Shown here piece by piece: positions 8,311-16,654 of a stretch of DNA of 64,000 nucleotides; within the stretch, counting starts at the first letter, position 1, and each line of letters starts with the position of its first letter. The position numbers and the translations under genes are program-made. The notes beneath the pieces are model-generated. The model was given only the letters and a program-made list of their open reading frames with translations. It did no database searches and had not been told where the DNA came from. The DNA lies in contig JBATUN010000023.1 of NCBI GenBank assembly GCA_049671165.1, positions 11,722 to 75,721 of the forward strand, read 5' to 3'. The DNA is from Dehalococcoidia bacterium. GTDB taxonomy: Bacteria > Chloroflexota > Dehalococcoidia > GIF9 > AB-539-J10.

Positions 8311-10329
8311 GTGGCAATGAAGACTGCTTTCCAATCGTGGAAAGGGATATCTGTTGCGGTCTTAGTTTTGTTTATCCTGCCCCTTGCTTCACTTCTGTTG
8401 TCGATACCTGCCCGTGCTAGTGAAAATGTTTGGCGTGAGCTTGACACTGGAATTGACTTTGAAATCTCACCTGAATCATATGGCCTTCACGACATCTGGG
8501 CCAATTCTGCTTCGGATATTTTCGCTGTCGGTGACAATGGTGTAATCGTGCACTACGATGGTAGTAGCTGGCACAAGATGAACAGCGGAGTCACATCAAG
8601 CCTCTCTTCTGTATGGGGTAGTTCATCGTCCGATGTCTTCGTGACGACCGGCGGCACAATACTGCATTATGATGGCAGTACGTGGAGCGAAATGGCCACT
8701 GGAGGGTATGGCGCCGGAGATGTATGGGGCAGTTCAGCCAGTGACGTCTATGCAGTGGGTGGTAAGCGTATCCTCCACTACGACGGAGGCAGTTGGACAG
8801 AGATAGTTGGCACAGGTTCTTCACACTCCCGGTACGGTGTTTGGGCAAGTTCATCATCGGACGTATTTGTTATAGGTTCGGGAGGTAGAGTCGAACATTA
8901 TGATGGGAGCACATGGACCCTCATGGATAATCTCGATTCTGCTTTTCTTTTGACTATATGGGGAAGTTCATCATCTGATGTCTTTGCAGGTGGTGACAAG
9001 CGAGCAGTCTTTCACTACGACGGTAGCACATGGAGAAGGATGAGCCTTCCCCATAGCACTCACAATGATCAGATCGTGTCTTTTTGGGGAAGCTCTCCTT
9101 CTAATATATTCGCTGTCTCCAACACTAATGCCATATACCGCTACGATGGCAGCGCATGGACCGAAATGAATAGATGGCTTCTTACATGGAATCTTTGGGG
9201 TATAGGGGGTAGTTCCGCCAATGACGTCTATGCAGTGGGTTATCCCTGTCATCCGGAGAGGAGCCCTATTCTACACTACCCCGAGCCAGAGTGGCTCGGC
9301 GACGCAGTGGACAATGTAGCACTTACGTGGAGCACCGGGGGCAGTGCCAAATGGATCGCACAAACGTGCCGCAGTTATTACGACGGTGACGCTGTTCAAA
9401 GTGGTTACATCACCCATAACCAAGCCACCTGGATAAGAACCACGGTCACCGGACCGGGGACTTTGAGCTTCTACTGGATGGTCCGTTCTCAAGATGAGTA
9501 TGACTGCCTAGAGTTCCATATCGATGGACTGGAACAAGTAAGCATCTCGGGTTCTCCTCAGTGGGAGCAAGAAACGCACTCTATCGCCTCAGGCACTCAT
9601 ATTGTGGAATGGAGATATACTAAGGATGGCTCGCAAGACAGTGACATGGACCGCGCCTGGCTTGATAAAGTGGAATTCACGTCAACACCAACCTATGCTC
9701 TTTCGGTGTACGAAAGCCCGAGTGGAAGCGGTACTGTGACCCCCTCTCCCTCCCAACCTTCAGGCGGATATACGGCTGCTACGGAGGTAACACTGACTGC
9801 AGAAGCTAACGAAGGCTATGAGTTTGACCACTGGAGCGGGACCAGCAATAACAACATAAACCCAACGACTGTTACCATGAATTCCGACAAGAGTGTCACG
9901 GCCTACTTTGAAGAGATACCACCAGACCAACATACCCTTAGCGTGAGCGTTAGTGGTCAAGGGACAACCAATCCCAGCGTGGGGAGTCACGGTTATGATG
10001 AAGGGACAGAAGTCACTGTGACTGCCTATTCTGCTTCTGGGTGGGAATTCGACCACTGGAGTGGCGCACTGTCTGGTTCTCAAAACCCCACTACAATGAC
10101 CATGGACTCGGACAAACAGGTAAGTGCCACCTTCATTGCTGAGGGACAAGCTTTCCCACTATATCTTATATATATCATCGGTGCAGCCTTTGGGGTACTG
10201 GTACTCATTCTGGCAATTAGAAAGGTACGGAAAAAGGCGCTTAGTCCAATGGAGCAGCTTGAGAAGGAGAAACAGGAGATAATAGAGATGATAGATGAGG
10301 CGTTGGAGGAGGAGAAGCGGAGGCGATAG
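8311..10329 (+). CDS. Surface protein with a signal peptide, tandem 'YDGSxW...WGSSSSDVF' beta-propeller repeats, a jelly-roll-like middle region, two InlB B-repeats, a TM helix and the conserved tail
   Basis: About ten ~45-aa repeats. 'GYEFDHWSG' and 'GWEFDHWSG' are B-repeat signatures. TM helix 'LYLIYIIGAAFGVLVLILAI' followed by 'EKEKQEIIEMIDEALEEEKRRR*'. Confidence 0.8.
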   Translation: MAMKTAFQSWKGISVAVLVLFILPLASLLLSIPARASENVWRELDTGIDFEISPESYGLHDIWANSASDIFAVGDNGVIVHYDGSSWHKMNSGVTSSLSSVWGSSSSDVFVTTGGTILHYDGSTWSEMATGGYGAGDVWGSSASDVYAVGGKRILHYDGGSWTEIVGTGSSHSRYGVWASSSSDVFVIGSGGRVEHYDGSTWTLMDNLDSAFLLTIWGSSSSDVFAGGDKRAVFHYDGSTWRRMSLPHSTHNDQIVSFWGSSPSNIFAVSNTNAIYRYDGSAWTEMNRWLLTWNLWGIGGSSANDVYAVGYPCHPERSPILHYPEPEWLGDAVDNVALTWSTGGSAKWIAQTCRSYYDGDAVQSGYITHNQATWIRTTVTGPGTLSFYWMVRSQDEYDCLEFHIDGLEQVSISGSPQWEQETHSIASGTHIVEWRYTKDGSQDSDMDRAWLDKVEFTSTPTYALSVYESPSGSGTVTPSPSQPSGGYTAATEVTLTAEANEGYEFDHWSGTSNNNINPTTVTMNSDKSVTAYFEEIPPDQHTLSVSVSGQGTTNPSVGSHGYDEGTEVTVTAYSASGWEFDHWSGALSGSQNPTTMTMDSDKQVSATFIAEGQAFPLYLIYIIGAAFGVLVLILAIRKVRKKALSPMEQLEKEKQEIIEMIDEALEEEKRRR

Positions 10330-10419
10330 ACAATGCCGCAGACATCACTGCTATAATAGTCACAACAGATGAAGCCCTCGTAGAGATCAGACCTTGAACA
10401 AAAGAAGAGGTGATAGACA

Positions 10420-12612
10420 ATGACAGATGATAAGGAAAGTGGCCAGAACCTAAAAAAGGAGGTTGTGGAGGCTGTCTCGCTCTTACGGCAGAAGCATGAT
10501 GGTGCCGACATAAATGAAGCGACAGAGTTCCTCCGCAAGGCAAAAGAGGCTATCGTTAAGAACGACTTCACTCAGGCATTGACCCTAGTCGGGAAGGCAC
10601 AGCTTGCTGCTCGACCGACGACAGAGTATCTTTTGGGCAGGGCCAAGAACCTGGAGGATACCGGAAGTCAGGCATACAAAAAAGGAAACTTCGCAAATGC
10701 CATAGAGTTGTGGCAGAGGTCTCTCAAAGAATATGGTCAAGCACAGAAGCAAGCTAAGAGCAGAGGCGAAAAGGAGATAGTTGAAGCCGTGAAGTCAACC
10801 GTTGACAGCATCAAGGCAGATATAAAGAGTGCTGAGACTGAGAAAGGCAATAGAGACATGCTGGCACTGGTCGAACAGGCAAACAAAGCCGTAGACGAGG
10901 CGAATGACAAGTTTGAAGCCAAGGAATTCGATACTGCCAAGGAAAGCTTTGAATCAGCCCGTGAGTTATATGCTAAAGCTGCTGCCGTCGCCGAGCAACT
11001 TGGCTCGGAAGATAAAGCCAGGTTGAGACAGATAGACGTGGATATGGCCACAAGCGTAGAAGCTTGTTTTCTTGGCAAGGGGGAGGTGCTTATCGAGCAA
11101 GCTTCTAAGGAAAAGGGCGAAAAGAAAGAGGCTGCCTTCTCAGACGTGATAGGGTATCTTGAATCATTCTCCTCTGACAGCCAAAGTTGTGAAGAACTCA
11201 GGGCGAAGGCTTACCAGGGTATGGCGCTGGGAAGAATAGAAGAGGGAATGGCGCTTATGGAGCAGGCTGAAGGATTGCTAGGACAGGGAGAACACTACAA
11301 GGCGAAGGAGGCATATCGCAAAGCCCAGGAGCACCTGGAAAGCCTGCGCGATTTTGCCGTGGAGCATAAGTTGGAAAGGGAAAAGGGGGAGGTTGATAAC
11401 CTGATAGATGATTGCGCAGCGAACGTAAAGGCATGCACCGATTCTATGCTGGGGGGGAGAGAAGGCGTGGCAGAGGGTGCAATCAGGAAAGTGGGAGATT
11501 TGAGGAAAGGCAAGAGGCCGCGCTTGAGACGCGAAGCTTTTAGTGATGAGAGAATGGAGAAGATCAAGACCGAGTATGAGCTTGTCAGATACCTGGGAGG
11601 GGGAGGCTTCGGTGATGTCTATCTGGCGAAGAACAGAGAAGGAGTCACTGTGGCCATAAAAGTTCCTAAAGACCTTGACAAGCACGGTGAGGAGACGTTC
11701 TTTCGTGAACTTGCGATATGGGGAAAACTTAGTCATAGGAATATAGTCAAGTTGTTACGGCCCAGGTTAACGCCCATACCTCTTTTTGAGATGGAGTATA
11801 TTGAAGGTGGAGACCTGGGGAGGTTATTGCGGGACACCAGAGCACTTTCATCCGAGAGGGCCTGTCGGATAGCCTTCGATATCGCCAGAGGGCTTCAATA
11901 TGCCCATGCCTCGCATAATGTCATTCACACTGACCTGAAACCAAGGAATATTCTGCTTACAAGCTTGGAAGAGGCCAAGATAAGCGACTGGGGCCTGGGG
12001 AAAGTCGCCACGAGCTCCAGCAGCGTTAAGGGCTATACCGAGTCCTATGCCGCCCCGGAGCAGATTGCTAGGGGGAAAGCCGAAGAGAAAACAGACACAT
12101 ACCAGCTGGGGGTGTTGTTCTATGAAATGATCGCGGGTCGTAATCCATTCGCTGGTGGTTCGGTGTATGAAGTCCGGGAGAAGGTATTGAACTTCATCCC
12201 CGAGAAACCCAGCACGTGCGCTAAAAACCCTGCAATCGAGCCCCTGGACGATATGGTGACAAGCTGCCTGCAAAAGGACTCTCAAGATAGACCGGCAATC
12301 AAGCAATTCAGGGAGGTGATATACAGATATATGAGGGAGGCCCATGGTGTCTCGCTCCATCTGACTAAGGCAGTCGGTTCTCAGACGAATCTCCTGTGTC
12401 GCATGGCCCTGCTTGAAGCCAAAGAGAGCAACTATGCGGGGCTGCTGCCGTGTCTAGAGCAATTAAAAACATTGGTGCACGATAAGCAAAGAAAGCGAAA
12501 CGTGCAGAACCTGATAGACGTTATGGCCATTCGGAAAAAGCAAGAGATGGAGATTGGGGAGGAAGCCATAGACGAGCTCAATGCTTTGGTGAGGTGGGCA
12601 GAATATGGCTGA
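10420..12612 (+). CDS. Hanks-type Ser/Thr protein kinase with a long N-terminal coiled-coil region and a C-terminal helical domain. The catalytic loop reads HTD rather than HRD, and the magnesium-binding motif is DWG rather than DFG
   Basis: 'LGGGGFGDVY...VAIKV' (Gly-loop and VAIK), 'HTDLKPRNILL', 'ISDWGLGK' and 'APEQ'. Confidence 0.85.
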   Translation: MTDDKESGQNLKKEVVEAVSLLRQKHDGADINEATEFLRKAKEAIVKNDFTQALTLVGKAQLAARPTTEYLLGRAKNLEDTGSQAYKKGNFANAIELWQRSLKEYGQAQKQAKSRGEKEIVEAVKSTVDSIKADIKSAETEKGNRDMLALVEQANKAVDEANDKFEAKEFDTAKESFESARELYAKAAAVAEQLGSEDKARLRQIDVDMATSVEACFLGKGEVLIEQASKEKGEKKEAAFSDVIGYLESFSSDSQSCEELRAKAYQGMALGRIEEGMALMEQAEGLLGQGEHYKAKEAYRKAQEHLESLRDFAVEHKLEREKGEVDNLIDDCAANVKACTDSMLGGREGVAEGAIRKVGDLRKGKRPRLRREAFSDERMEKIKTEYELVRYLGGGGFGDVYLAKNREGVTVAIKVPKDLDKHGEETFFRELAIWGKLSHRNIVKLLRPRLTPIPLFEMEYIEGGDLGRLLRDTRALSSERACRIAFDIARGLQYAHASHNVIHTDLKPRNILLTSLEEAKISDWGLGKVATSSSSVKGYTESYAAPEQIARGKAEEKTDTYQLGVLFYEMIAGRNPFAGGSVYEVREKVLNFIPEKPSTCAKNPAIEPLDDMVTSCLQKDSQDRPAIKQFREVIYRYMREAHGVSLHLTKAVGSQTNLLCRMALLEAKESNYAGLLPCLEQLKTLVHDKQRKRNVQNLIDVMAIRKKQEMEIGEEAIDELNALVRWAEYG

Positions 12613-13336
12613 TCTTGATATAGCCTGCGTTACTGATACTGGGGGCAGGGGTGGAAATGAAGATAGATTGGTGGCCAAAAGCCTCGGGGCAGTACATTTG
12701 CTTGCAGTTGCTGATGGTTTGGGAGGGCATGCGGCCGGTGAAGTTGCCAGTAGTGTAGCTTTGACAGAGCTGGAAGGATATCTCAGGGCAAACGTAGTCG
12801 GGGAAGATATTCTGCACGCGGTGAAAGAAGCCGTGTCAAAAGCAAACAAAGAGATTCACCTACTATCTGAGGAGAACCCTGGCTATGCTGGCATGGGCAC
12901 AACTCTGGTCATGGGGCTGGTTCAGGCGGACAAGGTTCTGGTAGCTAATGTGGGGGACAGCCGACTATATCATATTTCGGAGAATGCGATGAACCAGATA
13001 ACCAGAGATCACTCCGTAGTCCAGGAACTCGTGGAGCAAGGATTGATTACAGCGCAAGACGCCTTATGTCATCCTGAGAAGAGTGTCCTGACAAGGGTGC
13101 TGGGCTTGGAGCCAGAGGTAGAAGCAGATACCTATGATATTGAGTTTTTGCCCGACGATCTTTTGCTTCTCTGTTCCGATGGGTTGACGGACTCCCTAAG
13201 GGATGAAGAGATTCGGGGAATCATCGTCTCTTCAGGTAACCTGGATGAGGCTTGCGCCAGGCTCATAAGCCTGGCCAGAGAAAAAGGTGGCACGGACAAT
13301 ATCAGCGTAGTTCTGGCAAGGAGGAAACGGGAGTAA
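12605..13336 (+). CDS. PP2C-family Ser/Thr protein phosphatase (Stp1-like)
   Basis: 'LLAVADGLGGHAAGEVAS', 'LVANVGDSRLY' and 'GGTDNISVVL'. Its start overlaps the kinase stop by 8 nt, which suggests translational coupling. Confidence 0.9.
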   Translation: MADLDIACVTDTGGRGGNEDRLVAKSLGAVHLLAVADGLGGHAAGEVASSVALTELEGYLRANVVGEDILHAVKEAVSKANKEIHLLSEENPGYAGMGTTLVMGLVQADKVLVANVGDSRLYHISENAMNQITRDHSVVQELVEQGLITAQDALCHPEKSVLTRVLGLEPEVEADTYDIEFLPDDLLLLCSDGLTDSLRDEEIRGIIVSSGNLDEACARLISLAREKGGTDNISVVLARRKRE

Positions 13337-13548
13337 GGTAACACAAGGTAGCTGTACATGGGGCCGCTGATGACGAAAGAATGAATAGTCTCGGTAAAAC
13401 CATCGGTCACTACCTGGAAGAGTTAGAACCTGAGTGACTGGATGAACTCAGAGCGATGAGAATTAAGCCTGCGCGTAGGGAGAAAACCATAACTGACGAA
13501 ATCGAGCATAAGACGCTGTAGGGCAGAGGATCGAAGAGGGAACTCGCT

Positions 13549-15915
13549 ATGGGAAAGAATGATGATCAGAAGGGGCTTTACGAAGAAACCGTGAGCGCCT
13601 GCACCAAGGCGACAAACAGAGACCCAAACGATGCTATCTCCTGGCTACTCAAGGCCTTTGCCCTTTTTGAACTCGCAAGATACGAAGAATCCGTAGATGC
13701 CTGGAATGGAGCGATAGAAATAAACCCAGAAGATGCCAACCTCTGGCATTACAAAGGCCTTGCCCTTTTCAGACTTGAGAGATATGAGGAGGCACTAGAT
13801 GTCTATAATAGAGCGATGGAGATAGACCCAAAAGATGCCGTCCTCTGGCGTAACAAAGGCCTTGCCCTTCTCAGACTTGAGAGATATGAGGAGGCACTAG
13901 ATGTCTATAATAGAGCGATAGAGATAGACCCGAAAAATGCTGATGCTTGGCATAGCAAGGGGCTTGCCCTTTGTAAGCTTGAGAGATATCAAGAGGGTGT
14001 GGCTGCATACGATAAGGGGATAGAGATGAACCCGAAACACGCTGATGCGTGGCACGACAGGGGAATTGGGCTTGGCAGACTTGAAAGATACGAAGAAGCC
14101 CTGGATGCCTTCAACAGAGCGCTAAAGGTGAACCCAGAACATCCTACTGCTTGGTATAACAAGGGCCTTGCCCTTTATAGACTCGATAGATATGAGGAGG
14201 CCCTAGACGCCTACAACCGGATGATAGAGATAGACCCAGAAACTGCTGGTGCCTGGAATGCCAAGGGCCTTGCCTTTGAGAGGCTAAAGAGGTATGAAGA
14301 GGCCCTGGATGCCTACAACAGGGTGATAGAGATAGATCCAGAAGATGCCCTTGCTTGGCATAACAAGGGATTCTCTCTTCGCAAGCTTGAGAGATATGAA
14401 GAGGCGGTAGATGCCTACAGTAGAGCGATAGAGATAGACCCAGGGGATGCCGATACTTGGCATGGTAGGGGACTTGCCCTTGGTCATCTTGAGAGATATG
14501 AAGAGGCTGTGGATGACTACAATACCGCGATAAAGGTAAATCCAAAAGATGTTCTTGCATGGTATCGCAAGGGGTGTGCTCTGGAACATCTGGATAGGTA
14601 TGAGGACGCAATAAGGTGCTATCGAAAGACCATTGAGCTCGACCCGCATAATGAAAATGCGAAGGCGGCTTTGGCGTCACTTGAGCAGGGTCGGCAGAAG
14701 AAGGGGCAGGCGAAGGTCTTCGAAGCCGCTGGGGCCCACGAAGCTGATGAAGAGTCGGAAGGGGCTTTGATCTCCCTGGAACACACTCAACGAGGGAAGG
14801 AGCAGGCTGAGATTGCTCCCCATCGAGTACGTCCAAGTGTTTTCAGTTCTTCCTTTCCGGGAGAGCTGAATCAATATTATTCTGACGTCTCATTCATTGG
14901 CAGCGGTGGTTTCGCCCGTGTATTCCGTGCTAAGAGAAGAACTGATGGCACGGAAGTGGCCGTCAAAATCCCCCTGTTTGGAGATCCCAAAACGGGTAAA
15001 AGTTTCATCAGAGAGATAACTTCCTGGCAGGTTCTGGAGCACAGAAACATTGTCAAGCTCTACGACTTCAATGTCCTGCCTCTTCCGTACCTGGAGATGG
15101 AGCTATGTGATGGCAGCTTAGAAGACCTGCCGAAACCTGTCGGCGTTGAGGAAGCCACTCGCCTCGTATTTGATATCGCCAATGGTCTAAGTCATGCGCA
15201 TGCTAAACACATAATCCACCGGGACCTCAAGCCCGGTAATATTCTGACGCGTACTGGTATTCCCAAGATTTCCGACTGGGGACTAAGCAAGACAATTGCT
15301 ATGGGTAGGAGCTCAGGAACTCCTAGTTTCTCACCGATGTATGCCGCACCTGAACAGTTATCGCCGGATAGATTTGGCAAACCTGACTACAGAACGGACA
15401 TCTACCAACTGGGCGCTATCTTCTACGAGCTTGTTACGGGTGAACTGCCACACAAAGGAGACAGCATCACCGAGATTATGGCGCAGATTCTCATGGGGCA
15501 ACCGGAATTTCCGTCACAGCTGGACTTAGAAAAAAAGGGCATAAAACACATCATCATACGCTGTCTGGAGAAGAAGATGAGTCAGCGCTACCAGAGTGTT
15601 GACCAGCTACAAAGAGAGCTGGCTGAGTATCTCAAAGTAGAGTATGAAGAATCGCTCGGCAGGAGCCACGGAGATATGAGGCGTTCCGGACATTATTGCG
15701 CGGAACTCTGCCTGGTTCACCTTCAGGTCGGTAATACCTCTGAAGCGTTGAAATACGCGCTGGACTTAACCAACTATGCTAGTGGGCAAGCTAAGGTTCT
15801 CTTGACGCCGCTAATTGGAGAACTGGAGTTCCGCCGGAAAGAAGAACAAGCAGTTCCTGAAGACTTGATAGAGCGGGCAGGTGTGGTCTTGCACCAGGTG
15901 AAGATGGGGTGGTAA
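13549..15915 (+). CDS. TPR-repeat (about ten repeats) Ser/Thr protein kinase with a DWG motif. Its C-terminal ~75 aa are homologous to the C-terminus of the TPR protein at 1..1131
   Basis: TPR units in 13600-14640. 'GSGGFARVF...VAVKI', 'HRDLKPGNIL', 'ISDWGLSK' and 'APEQ'. C-terminus 'HYCAELCLVHLQ...ALKYALDL...EDLIERAGVVLHQVKMGW'. Confidence 0.9.
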   Translation: MGKNDDQKGLYEETVSACTKATNRDPNDAISWLLKAFALFELARYEESVDAWNGAIEINPEDANLWHYKGLALFRLERYEEALDVYNRAMEIDPKDAVLWRNKGLALLRLERYEEALDVYNRAIEIDPKNADAWHSKGLALCKLERYQEGVAAYDKGIEMNPKHADAWHDRGIGLGRLERYEEALDAFNRALKVNPEHPTAWYNKGLALYRLDRYEEALDAYNRMIEIDPETAGAWNAKGLAFERLKRYEEALDAYNRVIEIDPEDALAWHNKGFSLRKLERYEEAVDAYSRAIEIDPGDADTWHGRGLALGHLERYEEAVDDYNTAIKVNPKDVLAWYRKGCALEHLDRYEDAIRCYRKTIELDPHNENAKAALASLEQGRQKKGQAKVFEAAGAHEADEESEGALISLEHTQRGKEQAEIAPHRVRPSVFSSSFPGELNQYYSDVSFIGSGGFARVFRAKRRTDGTEVAVKIPLFGDPKTGKSFIREITSWQVLEHRNIVKLYDFNVLPLPYLEMELCDGSLEDLPKPVGVEEATRLVFDIANGLSHAHAKHIIHRDLKPGNILTRTGIPKISDWGLSKTIAMGRSSGTPSFSPMYAAPEQLSPDRFGKPDYRTDIYQLGAIFYELVTGELPHKGDSITEIMAQILMGQPEFPSQLDLEKKGIKHIIIRCLEKKMSQRYQSVDQLQRELAEYLKVEYEESLGRSHGDMRRSGHYCAELCLVHLQVGNTSEALKYALDLTNYASGQAKVLLTPLIGELEFRRKEEQAVPEDLIERAGVVLHQVKMGW

Positions 15916-15988
15916 GGGCCGCACAAAGTAAAGACTGGATCTTGGGGATTTCTTATGGAAGCCCGAACACGGACATCGACCCGTTGTG

Positions 15989-16018
15989 TTGATTGCATAT
16001 TCAGAGGAGCGTTATAGT
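15989..16018 (+). promoter_or_regulatory. Putative sigma-70-like promoter (TTGATT-N18-TATAGT) upstream of the ESCRT-III-like gene
   Basis: Found by eye. It sits in the 139-nt gap before the ATG at 16055, which has an AGGAGG RBS. Confidence 0.25.
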
Positions 16019-16054
16019 GTATAGAACCACAATATAACAAAGGAGGCAAAAGAG

Positions 16055-16654
16055 ATGGCAGGGTTCATTGAAAGAAGGCGTCAGGCGAAGGAAATCGAGC
16101 GCGATGTGAAGTTCAAGCAGGGGCTCTCCCGGGTGCGGAACTATGTTCATAAGTCCAACGATGCACAGAAGAAGTACTGGCAACTGGGCAAACGAGCTCT
16201 GAAACTGGGTGATAGGCAGCAGTTTGAGAACGGGGCCAAAGCTTATCTTCGCACGGCGGAGATGATTAACCGCTGGGAAAGATTCCTGGTAGCCATGGAA
16301 ACAGTCTCGCTACAGCGTGACCAGGTAAGAGTAACTGGCGAGTTCGCCAAGTCTATGGGCGCGTTGAGCAAGTCCATGATGGCCGGGGCTAGTCCTCAGG
16401 ATATTACCAAGATGCAGATGGATCTGGAACGTGCCCTCGCCAAAGCACATACCCTCGACGAGACCCTGGCCGCTGTAATGGACGCTACCAGCGATACCAT
16501 TTTCACGTCGGAAGGGGTCTCCGAAGAGTCGCTGCAACAGGTAGAAGGCGCCATGAAGGGTGAGGCGGTGCACGAAGAGGGAGAGACTCTCGATGATCGG
16601 ATTTCTGCCGGACTGCGCCGTATCGAAGAAGAAATGAGAAAGGAATCAAAATGA
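16055..16654 (+). CDS. Snf7/ESCRT-III family protein (CHMP2/Vps2-like) with a basic N-terminus, an acidic C-terminus and a C-terminal MIM1-like amphipathic helix
   Basis: By-eye alignment with human CHMP2A. 'VSLQRDQVRVTGEFAKSMGALSKSMMAGASPQDITKMQMDLERALAKAHTLDETLAAVMDATSD' corresponds to 'VSLKIQTLKSNNSMAQAMKGVTKAMGTMNRQLKLPQIQKIMMEFERQAEIMDMKEEMMNDAIDDAMGD'. C-terminus 'DDRISAGLRRIEEEMRK' corresponds to the CHMP2A MIM 'DADLEERLKNLRRD'. AGGAGG RBS. Confidence 0.75.
   Translation: MAGFIERRRQAKEIERDVKFKQGLSRVRNYVHKSNDAQKKYWQLGKRALKLGDRQQFENGAKAYLRTAEMINRWERFLVAMETVSLQRDQVRVTGEFAKSMGALSKSMMAGASPQDITKMQMDLERALAKAHTLDETLAAVMDATSDTIFTSEGVSEESLQQVEGAMKGEAVHEEGETLDDRISAGLRRIEEEMRKESK

Noticed and set aside
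10080-10571. A minus-strand ORF spanning the 3' end of gene 8311 and the start of the kinase gene. Its product contains a mirror image of the tail motif
   Set aside because: It is a shadow of the conserved 3' tail DNA. It has no RBS or domain support.
14144-14836. A 230-aa minus-strand ORF inside the TPR-kinase gene
   Set aside because: It is antisense to the clear TPR repeats. Its Pro/Ser/His-rich composition is typical of a shadow ORF.
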